Part shown: in pieces, positions 17,765-27,804 of the stretch | Layout of the letters: every line of letters starts with the position of its first letter | Position numbering within the stretch: the first letter of the stretch is position 1 | NCBI GenBank assembly: GCA_044232765.1 | Contig: JBIILH010000001.1 | Location: forward strand, 1 to 40,255 | Source of the DNA: Rhodoluna sp. | GTDB taxonomy: Bacteria; Actinomycetota; Actinomycetes; Actinomycetales; Microbacteriaceae | Direction: 5' to 3' | Length of the DNA: 40,255 nt | Notes under the pieces: generated by a model | What the model saw: the letters and a program-made list of their open reading frames with translations, nothing else | Told to the model about the DNA's origin: nothing | Database searches by the model: none | Program-made: the position numbers and the translations under genes

Positions 17765-18837
17765 GCAGGATAAGTTCCTCTGACGTATTGGTTAGGCCAG
17801 TAGTTAACCTCAACACCTAGTTCATGAGCTGCTCTGAGTGGCCAATAAGGATCTCTTAGGGAGAGTCTTCCAATCATTATGATTTCAACATCAGTTGTTT
17901 GAAGTATCTCTTCTGCTTGCTTAGATTCGGTAATCAAACCAACAGCGGCTACCGGTGAGTCAACTTCTAAAGCAATGTCATTAGCCATAGGAACTTGGTA
18001 ACCAGGACCAAACGGAATCTTCACTCCCAGAGTCAAACCACCACTTGAGATATCAAATACATCAGCACCCGCATCTTCACAAAGCTTTGCAACTTCAGCA
18101 CACTGCTCAACTGTGAAGCCATCTTCACGGTAATCGGTAGCTGAGAATCTAACGCTAATTGGAATATCTTCACCAACAGCGTTTCTTATGCCTTTGACTA
18201 TGTCAACTAAGTACTTGGCACGCTTTTCAATAGATCCACCGAATTCATCTGTTCTTTGGTTAGTAATAGGAGAAAGGAATTGGTGCACTAGATAACCGTG
18301 AGCAGCATGGATTTCAATCACGTCAAAACCAGCTTTGATTGATCTAACGCCTGCATCAACCCAATCTTGAATAGAAGAGTAAACCTCTTCGGTAGTTAGT
18401 TCATGAGGAGTATTGGATTCAGGAAATGCTTCACTGGTTGATGAAACAGGTTCCCAACCACCATCTGCTATTGAAACTGCTCCTTGACCTGACCAAGATC
18501 TGTAGTTGCTTGCTTTTCTTCCAGCGTGAGCTAGTTGAATTGCTGCTAGAGAGCCGTGCTCTCTAATAAAGTCGGTAACTTTACGCCAAGCACTAGCTTG
18601 CTCATCATTCCAAATTCCCGCATCCCAGGGACTAATGCGTCCTTCAGGGCTAACCGCAGTAGCCTCACACATAACTAGACCTGCTCCACCAACAGCTCTT
18701 GAGCCTAGGTGCACAACATGCCATGAAGATGGCATGCCATCCTTGTTCTCGCATGAGTACTGACACATTGGAGCAATCCAGATGCGGTTTCTAGAGGTTT
18801 TACTTCGAATAGTTATTGGTTCAAATAGCTTGGTCAT
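17761..18837 (-). CDS. NADH:flavin oxidoreductase (old yellow enzyme, YqjM/NamA-like)
   Basis: APMCQYS, EATAV, QLAHAGRK, HAAHGYL, NQRTDEFGGS. Confidence 0.92.
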   Translation of the reverse strand: MTKLFEPITIRSKTSRNRIWIAPMCQYSCENKDGMPSSWHVVHLGSRAVGGAGLVMCEATAVSPEGRISPWDAGIWNDEQASAWRKVTDFIREHGSLAAIQLAHAGRKASNYRSWSGQGAVSIADGGWEPVSSTSEAFPESNTPHELTTEEVYSSIQDWVDAGVRSIKAGFDVIEIHAAHGYLVHQFLSPITNQRTDEFGGSIEKRAKYLVDIVKGIRNAVGEDIPISVRFSATDYREDGFTVEQCAEVAKLCEDAGADVFDISSGGLTLGVKIPFGPGYQVPMANDIALEVDSPVAAVGLITESKQAEEILQTTDVEIIMIGRLSLRDPYWPLRAAHELGVEVNYWPNQYVRGTYPA

Positions 18838-18908
18838 AGCCCCAGCCTAGTCAAGGCTAGAAAGCTTCGCGCCTAGACTTGCAAAAGGGACAATCAAGGA
18901 GAACTCAG

Positions 18909-20144
18909 TTGAAAGCAAATCTATTGCCACGCCTTGAGCTGCTGTTTAGTAAGTTCTGGTTCGTTCTAGCAGTTGCTTTGGTAGCTCAGATGATCCTTAT
19001 CTGGGCAGGTTCTCTAAGCGGTGATCCATACAGCGATGTGCGCTACACATATTCAGCTTGGGCTAATGCAGGCTTCACAGATGGCAAGATACTCGGCATC
19101 AATCTGCCTTGGGTTTATCCATACATAGCCAACATTCCAGTGATGTTAGTTGAATGGGTATGGCCATTTGACTACATGACCGGTTGGTTCATTGTTGTTG
19201 TGAATGTCAACATGCTTCTGATTGCTTACCTATTGGGTTGGGGCAAGCAGATGGACCGAGTCAAAGGTGCTTGGTTCCTTATTCTCTGTATTTTCCTAAC
19301 TGGACCAGTAGCTCTCGGCAGGCTAGAAGTATTCAGCCTTGCTCTTTGTGTTCTAGCTGTTGTCTCTTTCTTGAAGAAAAGAGAATCACTTTCAATGCAA
19401 TTCTTTAGCTTGGCAACCTGGATCAAGGTTTCACCGATGGCAGGAATCTTCACTGGTTTTGTAGTTTCAGACAGAAGAGTGAGATTTGTAATTCACATGG
19501 CAATAGGAACTGGAGTTCTAGTTCTTATAGGACTACTTCTTGGCGGCAATGAAAACATGTTTAGTTTCATCACTATGCAATCTGGTCGAGGCATTCAGGT
19601 GGAAGCAACAGTAGCCATTATCTGGTTAGTTCAGATTTTGTTACAGATTCCTGGTGCTGATGTTTACTACGACAACACCATTGTGACCTTCCAGGTATCA
19701 GGAGCAGGGGTAGCAGAGATTGCTAGTTTGATGACTCTTTTTCAATTCGGAGCCCTAGCCATCACAGTCTTCCTAGGGTTTAGAGCTAAGCGACAAGGTG
19801 CTGACACAAACACTCTGTTTGCTTGGATGTTTCTAACTGCCACTATGGACTTGATTGTGTTCAACAAGGTTGGATCACCGCAGTATCAACTTTGGATAAT
19901 TGCTGCTGTGTTGTTTGGAATCTTGGCTAAGACAGCTAACTGGAAGTTAGTTGTTTGGCTAACCATCTTCACATCAGCCATCACTTGGCTCATTTTCCCA
20001 GTGTTTTATGGTTCGTTACTAGATGGTCAAGCACTTGGAGTAACACTATTAATCCTCAAGAACCTTGGACTTATTGCCATCTTGGTTTATGCAAACATCC
20101 AACTAACTAAGTTGGGTAACAAGGCTAAGAGCGAAGTAGCTTAG
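18909..20144 (+). CDS. GT87 / GT-C fold membrane glycosyltransferase (polyprenol-phosphate-sugar dependent)
   Basis: About 10 TM segments, DVRY, WVYP, WIKVSP, RGIQVE, NKVGSPQY; TTG start at 18909 after AGGAG. Confidence 0.8.
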   Translation: MKANLLPRLELLFSKFWFVLAVALVAQMILIWAGSLSGDPYSDVRYTYSAWANAGFTDGKILGINLPWVYPYIANIPVMLVEWVWPFDYMTGWFIVVVNVNMLLIAYLLGWGKQMDRVKGAWFLILCIFLTGPVALGRLEVFSLALCVLAVVSFLKKRESLSMQFFSLATWIKVSPMAGIFTGFVVSDRRVRFVIHMAIGTGVLVLIGLLLGGNENMFSFITMQSGRGIQVEATVAIIWLVQILLQIPGADVYYDNTIVTFQVSGAGVAEIASLMTLFQFGALAITVFLGFRAKRQGADTNTLFAWMFLTATMDLIVFNKVGSPQYQLWIIAAVLFGILAKTANWKLVVWLTIFTSAITWLIFPVFYGSLLDGQALGVTLLILKNLGLIAILVYANIQLTKLGNKAKSEVA

Positions 20145-21330
20145 CTAGAAGAGGTCCGACCTTCTTGTATTCAATGAGGAAGCCGTCGTGACCGAAAGAG
20201 CTCTTGATGGTGTGTAGTTTGCCGCCAACTAAATCAACATTTAGATTCTCAGCAATAAATCTTTGATTCTCAATAGGAAAGAGTCGATCGCTATCAATAC
20301 CGATAACCATGGTCTTAGCCTTGATCTTGCCAAGAGCAGCCTTAGCCGATTTTCTTCCTCTGCCAACATCATGAGAGTTCATAGCTTCCAAAAGTGTGAT
20401 GTATGAATTGGCATCGAATCTTCTGGTGAATTTATTGCCATGGAAATCTAGGTAAGAGATAACCGCGAAGCGGCCACCTTCACCAAGAGGATTTATTTCA
20501 CTCTGCCAAGTTCTATCAAAGCGTTCATTTAGTTCACTAGGGGAGCGGTAGTTGAGTAGTGCCATTCGTCTAGCCAGAGCTAAACCAGCATGAGGACCAA
20601 GACCTGCTTTAGCGTCGTAGTAGTTACCCTTAGCAAAGTTGGGGTCAGTCTTGATGGCTTCTACCTGAACAGAGTTCAAAGCAATCTGGTCTGCTGATGT
20701 AACAGCAGGGGCTGCAATAACAGCAATTCTTTGCACTCTGCTTGGGTATTGAATTGCCCACTCAAGAACATGCATTCCACCCATAGAACCACCGATGATT
20801 GCATGCCAAGAATTAATCTTCAGAACATCACTAAGAGCTACCTGAGCAGCAACCTGATCTCTAATGGTTAGGTAAGGAAATCTTGAGCCGTATTCACGAC
20901 CAGTTTTATCTAGAGAAGCAGGACCAGTTGAACCTTGGCAACCACCAAGAATGTTTGGTGCAACTACAAAGTATTTGTTGGTATCAAGTGCTAGCCCTGG
21001 ACCAATTAGTTCACTCCACCAACCTTCGGTTGGGTGTTCTTTGCTGGCTTTGCCAACAGCGTGAGAGTCACCGGTTAGAGCATGGAGAACTAAAACTGCA
21101 TTAGAGGAATCTGCATTTAGTTCACCCCAAGATTCAAAAGCTATCTTGGCACCAAGTAGTTCTTTACCTGATTCAAGAGAGAGGGGATTTAGGTTTGCGA
21201 AAGATCTATCACCAGAAGGATCACCGTCCCTCCACGCTCCAGTTGCCTTAGGCTTCCCGACTAGTTGTCGGGTTAGCTCTTCGGTAATGAGCTCGGAGGG
21301 GACGGTGTCCTCAGGTGTTTGAAATTCCAT
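20125..21330 (-). CDS. metX: Homoserine O-acetyltransferase
   Basis: HALTGDSH, GGCQGSTGP, GGSMGG, DSDRLF, GHDGFL. Confidence 0.95.
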   Translation of the reverse strand: MEFQTPEDTVPSELITEELTRQLVGKPKATGAWRDGDPSGDRSFANLNPLSLESGKELLGAKIAFESWGELNADSSNAVLVLHALTGDSHAVGKASKEHPTEGWWSELIGPGLALDTNKYFVVAPNILGGCQGSTGPASLDKTGREYGSRFPYLTIRDQVAAQVALSDVLKINSWHAIIGGSMGGMHVLEWAIQYPSRVQRIAVIAAPAVTSADQIALNSVQVEAIKTDPNFAKGNYYDAKAGLGPHAGLALARRMALLNYRSPSELNERFDRTWQSEINPLGEGGRFAVISYLDFHGNKFTRRFDANSYITLLEAMNSHDVGRGRKSAKAALGKIKAKTMVIGIDSDRLFPIENQRFIAENLNVDLVGGKLHTIKSSFGHDGFLIEYKKVGPLLAKLLRS

Positions 21331-21350
21331 TTAGTTAGAGAGCACTTCCC

Positions 21351-22649
21351 TTACTTTGCTGCTGCAAAGCCAGTTTCTAGATCTGCAAGCAGATCGTCGA
21401 TTGACTCAAGTCCAACAGACAATCTGATTAGACCTGGGGTTACACCAGCGGTTAGTTGCTGTTCAGGTGTCAGCTGTGAGTGTGTTGTTGATGCTGGGTG
21501 AATAACTAGAGATCTCACATCACCAATGTTGGCAACGTGGGAGAAGAGTTCTAGTGAATCAACAAACTTAGATCCCTTTTCACGTCCACCCTTGATTTCG
21601 AATGAGACGATAGCACCTGGACCCTTAGGGGCATACTTCTTAGCTGCTTCGAACCAAGGTGATGAAGGAAGAGCTGCATAGTTAACTGACTCAACCTGTG
21701 GATGAGCTTCTAGCCAGGTAGCAACCTTCTTAGCGTTCTCAACGTGTCTTTCGATACGAAGGCTTAGAGTTTCAATTCCCTGAAGCAACTGCCATGCACT
21801 TGTTGGAGCAATAGCTGCACCTAGGTCACGTAGAAGCTGAACACGAGCCTTGATGATGTAAGCAATGCCATCACCCAGAGCAGCTGTGTAGTTAACACCG
21901 TGGTAGGACTCGTCAGGAGTAGTTAGTCCTGGGAACTTGTCTGACTTAGACCAAGCAAACTTTCCACCGTCAACAATTGCACCAGCAACTACAGTTCCGT
22001 GACCACCAAGGAACTTGGTAGCAGAGTGAATAACAATGTCTGCTCCGTGCTCAAGTGGCTTGATTAGGTAAGGGGTAGCCACAGTATTGTCCACGATAAG
22101 TGGAACGCCAGCATTGTGTGCTACTTCAGAAACCTTCTGGATGTCTAGGATGCTTACCTGAGGATTACCAATAGTCTCAGCAAAGAATGCCTTGGTGTTT
22201 GGTCTAACTGCAGCAGCCCAAGCAGCTGCATCATCCTGATCTTCAACGAAGGTGGTTTCGATACCTAGCTTTGGCAAGGTGTACTTAAAGAGGTTGTATG
22301 TTCCACCATAAATAGATGATGAAGAAACAATGTGGTCGCCAGCCTGAGCGATGTTTAGAATCGCAAAGGTCTCTGCTGCTTGACCAGAAGATAGTAGTAG
22401 AGCCGCTGTTCCACCTTCAAGAGCTGCAATTCTCTTCTCTGCAACATCCTGAGTTGGGTTCATGATGCGGGTGTAAATGTTACCGAACTCAGCTAGACCA
22501 AACAGATTGGCTGCATGCTCTGAAGAGTTGAAGACGTAGGCAGTGGTGTTGTAGATAGGTGTAACAACTGCATTGGTGCTTGGATCTGGGGTTGCTCCAG
22601 CGTGGATCTGGGCTGTTTCAAAGCCCCATTCAGAAGGTTGGTTGCTCAT
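21351..22649 (-). CDS. metY: O-acetylhomoserine/O-acetylserine sulfhydrylase
   Basis: GNIYTRIMNPT, SSGQAA, HSATKFLGGHG PLP-lysine motif, HPASTTHSQL. Confidence 0.95.
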   Translation of the reverse strand: MSNQPSEWGFETAQIHAGATPDPSTNAVVTPIYNTTAYVFNSSEHAANLFGLAEFGNIYTRIMNPTQDVAEKRIAALEGGTAALLLSSGQAAETFAILNIAQAGDHIVSSSSIYGGTYNLFKYTLPKLGIETTFVEDQDDAAAWAAAVRPNTKAFFAETIGNPQVSILDIQKVSEVAHNAGVPLIVDNTVATPYLIKPLEHGADIVIHSATKFLGGHGTVVAGAIVDGGKFAWSKSDKFPGLTTPDESYHGVNYTAALGDGIAYIIKARVQLLRDLGAAIAPTSAWQLLQGIETLSLRIERHVENAKKVATWLEAHPQVESVNYAALPSSPWFEAAKKYAPKGPGAIVSFEIKGGREKGSKFVDSLELFSHVANIGDVRSLVIHPASTTHSQLTPEQQLTAGVTPGLIRLSVGLESIDDLLADLETGFAAAK

Positions 22650-22768
22650 GGTTTTTCTCTCTCTATGGTGTGTGTCTCAAGGGTAAGTACAAACAAGGAT
22701 TAGGCCAAGCTAGGCCTGAAACTTTTGGTAACTTTTGTTTACCTGGACGTCATTGACCAGAGGGGGGA

Positions 22769-23977
22769 TTACTTAGAAGCAGCCTCATCTAAAGTGTCAA
22801 AGGCTAGGGCTGCTAGGAGAGCAGCACCATCGGCTAGCACTCCATCATCAAACTTAGCCTTATTGCTGTGGTTTGCTTCACGGTCCTGAGGAGTAGTGCC
22901 AGGGTAGGCAGCACCTAGGAATACGAATGCCCCAGGGATAACTTCAACGATGCTGGCATAGTCTTCGCCACCTGGGATTGGTTGCTCCATGTTCACGTAG
23001 CGAGCTTCTCCAAAGAGTTCCTTGGTTACTCTCTCAACACGGTCAACAGCACCGTGGTCATTGATTAGTACCTTGGTTGCTGGCGTGAATTCAATCTCTG
23101 CTTCTAGTTCAAAGGCAGCAGCCATGTTCTTGATGAAGGCTGGAATCTTGGTGCGGGTATCGTCATAACCCTTCTTAGAGAATGATCTAACCGTTGCTCC
23201 AAAGCTCACAGACTCAGGAACGATGTTGGTGGTGTGATCATTACCTGCCTTGATCCAACCGACGTTTAGAACGATTGGGTCTAGAGCATCAAAGTTCTTT
23301 GCGATGTATGACTGCAGTGAACTTAGGATTTCAATCATTCCGGTGATTGGGTCTTTAGCAGCCCATGGCATTGAACCATGTCCACCCTTACCCTTTAGGG
23401 TCACAAGTAGATCTCCTGCAGAAGCCATCATGGTTCCCTTGCGTGAGAGGAAGATTCCTGGTTCTGGAATAGAGAATACGTGCAGACCAAATGCTGCAAT
23501 AGGCATTTCACCAGAAGCTAGGTGCATGTCTTGAGAGAGCATTACTCCTGCCCCATCATGACCTTCTTCACCTGGTTGGAAGAACATCACAACATTTCCC
23601 TTTAGTTGATCTTTGTTCTCAGCAATAAGTTGAGCAGCACCAATACCCATAGCCATATGTAGGTCATGTCCGCAGGCGTGCATGTAGCCATTGGTTGAAG
23701 CAAAATCTAAACCAGTGTCTTCTTCGACAGCAAGAGCATCCATGTCTGCTCTTAGAAGAACAGTTGGACCAGGCTGGCTACCTCTAATCACAACTGCAGC
23801 TGCAGTCATACCTTTACCTAGAGTTACCTCACCAAGACCTTCAACTTCTTTCAAGACAATAGCCAGAGTCTTAGGTAGATCTAGTCCAAACTCAGGAACC
23901 TGATGCAAAGCACGTCTTATCGAGACAAGCTTCTCCTGCTTGGCATTAGCTTGGCTCTTGAGTTGGTTCTGGTCCAT
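22769..23977 (-). CDS. M20D amidohydrolase (hippurate hydrolase-like)
   Basis: LRADMDAL, MHACGHDLH, FQPGEEG, GGHGS, GEDY, NHS. Confidence 0.92.
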   Translation of the reverse strand: MDQNQLKSQANAKQEKLVSIRRALHQVPEFGLDLPKTLAIVLKEVEGLGEVTLGKGMTAAAVVIRGSQPGPTVLLRADMDALAVEEDTGLDFASTNGYMHACGHDLHMAMGIGAAQLIAENKDQLKGNVVMFFQPGEEGHDGAGVMLSQDMHLASGEMPIAAFGLHVFSIPEPGIFLSRKGTMMASAGDLLVTLKGKGGHGSMPWAAKDPITGMIEILSSLQSYIAKNFDALDPIVLNVGWIKAGNDHTTNIVPESVSFGATVRSFSKKGYDDTRTKIPAFIKNMAAAFELEAEIEFTPATKVLINDHGAVDRVERVTKELFGEARYVNMEQPIPGGEDYASIVEVIPGAFVFLGAAYPGTTPQDREANHSNKAKFDDGVLADGAALLAALAFDTLDEAASK

Positions 23978-24085
23978 TTATGTCTTCTTTCTTGAGGTGC
24001 TTCTATCTTGGCACTAAACGTCTTAGGAAAGGATTGGAAATTGTTTTGAATCTGACAAAAATTTTTAACAGTAAGGTCTGGGCAC

Positions 24086-24115
24086 TTGCTTGGACTTAGT
24101 GCGCCAGTTTAGTCT
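24086..24115 (+). promoter_or_regulatory. Housekeeping promoter TTGCTT-N18-TAGTCT for a leaderless small ORF
   Basis: -10 ends 6 nt before ATG 24122. Confidence 0.55.
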
Positions 24116-24121
24116 TTACCC

Positions 24122-24292
24122 ATGAAGAAAGTTTTTGGCATGAATTTTGCTAAGTGGTGTCTTTCCAAGACAGTTCTTGAACTAACAGTTCCTAGAGAGC
24201 TTGGGTTTGCGAAGGGTGAAATCAGCGATCTATCTGACTCAGAATGGGAATCCTTAGATGCTGAGTTCAACGCCCTTTTTGCCAAGCCATAG
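24122..24292 (+). CDS. 56-aa hypothetical small protein (MKKVFGMNFAKWCLSK...SDSEWESLDAEFNALFAKP)
   Basis: Fills an otherwise empty gap in a dense genome, has leaderless promoter geometry and a protein-like acidic amphipathic C-terminal helix. Confidence 0.65.
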   Translation: MKKVFGMNFAKWCLSKTVLELTVPRELGFAKGEISDLSDSEWESLDAEFNALFAKP

Positions 24293-24361
24293 TTCTTCTA
24301 AAAGTGGCCCAGCCTTGATTCTCGACCTAGGGAACTAATTGGGGGGGACTAACCTTTATTC

Positions 24362-25018
24362 ATGTTCTTTGAAGCGATGCATCCCACTTGGCAGCAATGG
24401 CTTATCCAGCAAAAGCCGATGCTCGACGCCATAGAGCAGAGAGTTCTGGAAGAGACTCAAGTCACTCCTGATCTCAATCAAGTCATGCGGGCCTTTGAAA
24501 TGGATCCAGCCAACATAAAGGTGGTTATCCTGGGGCAAGATCCCTACCCAACTTCAGGCGATGCAATTGGCTTGGCTTTTGCAATGAATCCTGAAAGCAA
24601 GATGCCTCGAAGCCTAGTCAATATAGTCAAAGAACTCAGGGATGATTTGGGCGTAGAGGCTAAGACTCAAGCTGACATATCAAAATGGAGTGAACAAGGC
24701 GTGTTACTCCTGAACAGGACTCTAACTACCCAGATTGGTCAAGCAGGTGCTCACTCCAAACTGGGTTGGGAAGAGTTCACACGAGAAGCTCTAATCCAAC
24801 TTGCTCAGCGAAACAAGCTGGTGTTTATCCTCTGGGGTTCACCATCTATTGCATTGGGTAGGGAAGTTGCTCAAACAGCTCCTAGTTGCAGATTGGTCGA
24901 ATCGGTTCATCCTTCTCCGCTATCTGCATATCGAGGCTTCTTTGGATCTAAGCCGTTTAGTAAAACTAATGAACATCTAGTTGCTCTTGGTTTAGAGCCG
25001 ATAGATTGGTCTTTGTAA
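24362..25018 (+). CDS. ung: Uracil-DNA glycosylase family 1
   Basis: GQDPY, GVLLLN, HPSPLS, GFFGSKPFSK. Confidence 0.95.
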   Translation: MFFEAMHPTWQQWLIQQKPMLDAIEQRVLEETQVTPDLNQVMRAFEMDPANIKVVILGQDPYPTSGDAIGLAFAMNPESKMPRSLVNIVKELRDDLGVEAKTQADISKWSEQGVLLLNRTLTTQIGQAGAHSKLGWEEFTREALIQLAQRNKLVFILWGSPSIALGREVAQTAPSCRLVESVHPSPLSAYRGFFGSKPFSKTNEHLVALGLEPIDWSL

Positions 25019-25030
25019 GGAAGTGATGAT

Positions 25031-25609
25031 TTGCCTCTAGATTCAGAATCACGTTGGCGACTGGTTAGGTTGCTCAAGTCCAAGGGTGCTCAAGAAGAGA
25101 TCTCCGTTGAGGCTATTGAGTTACGTGCGGCCACATCTGATGACGTTAAGCACATCACTGAGATCTACAACTACTACGTAATCAATTCGGTAGTTACTTT
25201 TGATATTGAGAAGAGCACAGAAGAGACCTGGCAAGACAAGCTCGAGTATCTAAATGGCCTAGGTTTGCCTTTCATCGTTGCTCAATCAGCTTCAGGCAAT
25301 GTTTTGGGGTTTGCCTATGTAGCTCCTTGGAGAGCAAAAGCTGCGTATAGACGAACAGTTGAGAACACCATCTATCTACGTCCTGCAGCTATTGGTAAGA
25401 GACTTGGCTCAAAACTCCTAGCTGAACTTATTGATAGATCTAAGGCTGCTGGAGTGAAGGAAATCGTTGCTGTTATCAGTGATAAAGGTGCAGACACCTC
25501 TATTGCTCTGCATGAAGCCTTTGGTTTCAAGAAGCAGGGACACCTAGCTAAGGTTGGCTTCAAGTTCAACCGCTGGTTAGGGACAATTCTTTTACAGAAA
25601 AGTCTGTGA
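25031..25609 (+). CDS. GNAT N-acetyltransferase (Pat/YncA-like)
   Basis: IYNYYV..VTFD, AYRRTVENTIY, SIALHEAFGF, VGFKFNRW. Confidence 0.88.
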   Translation: MPLDSESRWRLVRLLKSKGAQEEISVEAIELRAATSDDVKHITEIYNYYVINSVVTFDIEKSTEETWQDKLEYLNGLGLPFIVAQSASGNVLGFAYVAPWRAKAAYRRTVENTIYLRPAAIGKRLGSKLLAELIDRSKAAGVKEIVAVISDKGADTSIALHEAFGFKKQGHLAKVGFKFNRWLGTILLQKSL

Positions 25610-25652
25610 TTAACTTCAGCCTCTTGTCAGAGCCAAGGTTTAGAGTGAAAGC

Positions 25653-27767
25653 ATGAAGCCTGCCGTCAAGTTCACCGCAATAGCTCTTGTTGTGCTGTTA
25701 GCGCTGGGCTACCTGACAGCAATGGTTTCATCAGCTGGTCTAGCAAAAGTCTCTAGCGAGAGTTCATATAAAGATGAGCCGGTAGTTGGCTTAGTTATTA
25801 AGTATCGCGATGGCGTAGTCCCAATAGATCTATTTGGCAATCAAGTTGCTCTGGATCTGGCTGCTCAAAAGCTAGAGCCAGGAGTAGATGTAGGGCTTGG
25901 TCTTCACACAGCTAAGTTTCCCAAGCAACTAAGCGAAAGTGAAGCCCTAGCAATCGCTAATCAGGTAGCCAAAAGCCCAAGTGTTGAGGCAGTCTACCTA
26001 GATCACCTACTAACTAAGGCTCGCTATAACTTAGCAACGCCAAAGCTGTCTAATTTAAAAGCAAGTGCTGCTCCTACAAAGGTAACCGCGAAAGACGCCT
26101 GGTTTTCTAGCACTCGCACTAAAGCCAGAGTGAATCTAAGTTGGGTTGCACCTAAGAAACTAAACGGGGGATTCCTATGGGGTTACCGAATTAGTAAGTA
26201 CGACAAAGTTTTAGAAAAGTACATAGTTATTGTTAGTAACACCAAGAGTAGGAAGACATCACTCACAGTTACTAATGCGCTTATTCCTGGTGAGCAAGCA
26301 AGTTTCAAAGTTGCAACCATCACTAAGACGGGCAACTCAAAATACATGGCAATCAGCAAAGACTCTTTAGCTGCCAAAGTCATTCCAACAGCAGTACCTC
26401 AAGCTCCGGTTCTGCAGTCTGCAGGAAACATTACCTCTACCAGTCCTATAGTGGCTTGGGTTACTCAAGGATCTGTTCAACGAGGTGGTTTGCCTGTCAA
26501 CTATTCAGTAACGGCAACCGCCTCAGATTCATCTTCAGCAACCTGTTCATCAACAGGAGTTTCTTGCACATTGAGCGGTCTTCAAGCCGGTAAGAACTAT
26601 CAGGTTATTGTTACTGCAAGTAATAAACGAGGTTCAGTTTCTTCAACACCAGTTGCTGAAGTTTTAGATCCGATGAAGAGCCAGCAGTGGTATCTCGATG
26701 GAGCATACGGAATCAACGCATCAAAGGCTTGGAAGGTAACTCAAGGCTCTCCTTCAATTGTTGTGGCAGTTCTAGATACAGGTATTACCGATCATCCAGA
26801 TCTTGACGACAACATTGTGACCGGCTACGACATGATTACAAACATCACAAATGCAAGAGATGGAAACGGCAGAGATGCTAACCCTGCTGACCCTGGGGAT
26901 TATGAAAGTTCATCAATACCGAGCTCATGGCATGGAACACATGTTTCGGGAATTATTGCCGCTGAAACAAACGATATTGGAATTACTGGTGTTGCACCAA
27001 ATGTCAAGATCTCACCAATACGCGTACTTGGTGTCAATGGTGGATCAGAAAGCGACATAGCCGCAGGCATTAACTGGGCACTCGGAGTGAAGCTAACTGG
27101 AATTATCCAGAATCCAAATCCAGCCAAGGTAATTAATCTCTCAATTGGTTCATCAACATTTTCTACCTGTTATTCAAACTCTCCAACTCAATTGGCAATT
27201 GATGAGTCAAAGAGAAGAAACGTTACCATCGTAACTTCGGCCGGCAACGACAATCAGTTCGCTACAAACTCTTATCCAGGGAATTGCTACGGCAACATCA
27301 CTATCGGTGCGACTGGCTTCACTGGAGACCGTTCCTACTACAGCAACTTCTCCGGCTACTCTTCTGCTCAGGGTTTATACATCGGAGTAGACATCTCTGC
27401 ACCTGGTGGAGATGATCGAGTGGGACTAAACAAACCTGCTGGTGGACTGATTTGGTCAACCATCAATGATGGAAAGACAACTCCAGGAAGGGCAACCTAT
27501 GGAGCACAACAAGGCACCAGCATGGCTTCACCTATTGCTGCCGGTGTTGTTGCATTGATGTATTCCATACGTCCATCCCTGACCTACACACAGGTTTGGG
27601 AGATTCTTAGCAGCACAGCTAGACCATTTAATCCAAACTCTGACTGTGAATTTCAAAAGATTGACACACCTTTGAATGATGGCTCAGTTTTGACAACTGG
27701 TGAGTGTGGTATTGGCATCATTGATGCCGATGCCGCGGTTCGTGCAGTTCAAGAGTTAAACAAATAA
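25653..27767 (+). CDS. Secreted subtilase (S8) with prodomain and two fibronectin type III-like domains before the catalytic domain
   Basis: Signal peptide; FN3-like patterns (LSWVAP..GYRI; CTLSGLQAGKNYQVIVTASNKRGS); catalytic triad VLDTG, HGTHVSG, GTSMASP; oxyanion AGN. Confidence 0.9.
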   Translation: MKPAVKFTAIALVVLLALGYLTAMVSSAGLAKVSSESSYKDEPVVGLVIKYRDGVVPIDLFGNQVALDLAAQKLEPGVDVGLGLHTAKFPKQLSESEALAIANQVAKSPSVEAVYLDHLLTKARYNLATPKLSNLKASAAPTKVTAKDAWFSSTRTKARVNLSWVAPKKLNGGFLWGYRISKYDKVLEKYIVIVSNTKSRKTSLTVTNALIPGEQASFKVATITKTGNSKYMAISKDSLAAKVIPTAVPQAPVLQSAGNITSTSPIVAWVTQGSVQRGGLPVNYSVTATASDSSSATCSSTGVSCTLSGLQAGKNYQVIVTASNKRGSVSSTPVAEVLDPMKSQQWYLDGAYGINASKAWKVTQGSPSIVVAVLDTGITDHPDLDDNIVTGYDMITNITNARDGNGRDANPADPGDYESSSIPSSWHGTHVSGIIAAETNDIGITGVAPNVKISPIRVLGVNGGSESDIAAGINWALGVKLTGIIQNPNPAKVINLSIGSSTFSTCYSNSPTQLAIDESKRRNVTIVTSAGNDNQFATNSYPGNCYGNITIGATGFTGDRSYYSNFSGYSSAQGLYIGVDISAPGGDDRVGLNKPAGGLIWSTINDGKTTPGRATYGAQQGTSMASPIAAGVVALMYSIRPSLTYTQVWEILSSTARPFNPNSDCEFQKIDTPLNDGSVLTTGECGIGIIDADAAVRAVQELNK

Positions 27768-27799
27768 AGCCAGCTCTTTTCAAAAGAGCTGGCTTATTT
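27767..27799. terminator. Bidirectional terminator between the subtilase and tRNA-Leu
   Basis: AAGCCAGCTCTTTT-C-AAAAGAGCTGGCTT inverted repeat. Confidence 0.88.
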
Positions 27800-27804
27800 G
27801 TTGC

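Noticed and set aside
22650-22768. Possible SAM riboswitch or attenuator upstream of metY-metX
   Set aside because: Only a short AGGCC/GGCCT hairpin is present; no recognisable SAM-I/IV core and too little room.
24030-24060. Third copy of the ECF motif (TGTCAGAT on the minus strand, upstream of the amidohydrolase)
   Set aside because: No GACAT follows at 13 nt (CAATC instead). The TGTCAGAG at about 25625 fails in the same way.
24331-24356. SigR-type promoter before ung
   Set aside because: GGAAC-N18 is followed by CTT rather than GTT; a leaderless housekeeping -10 explains the site better.
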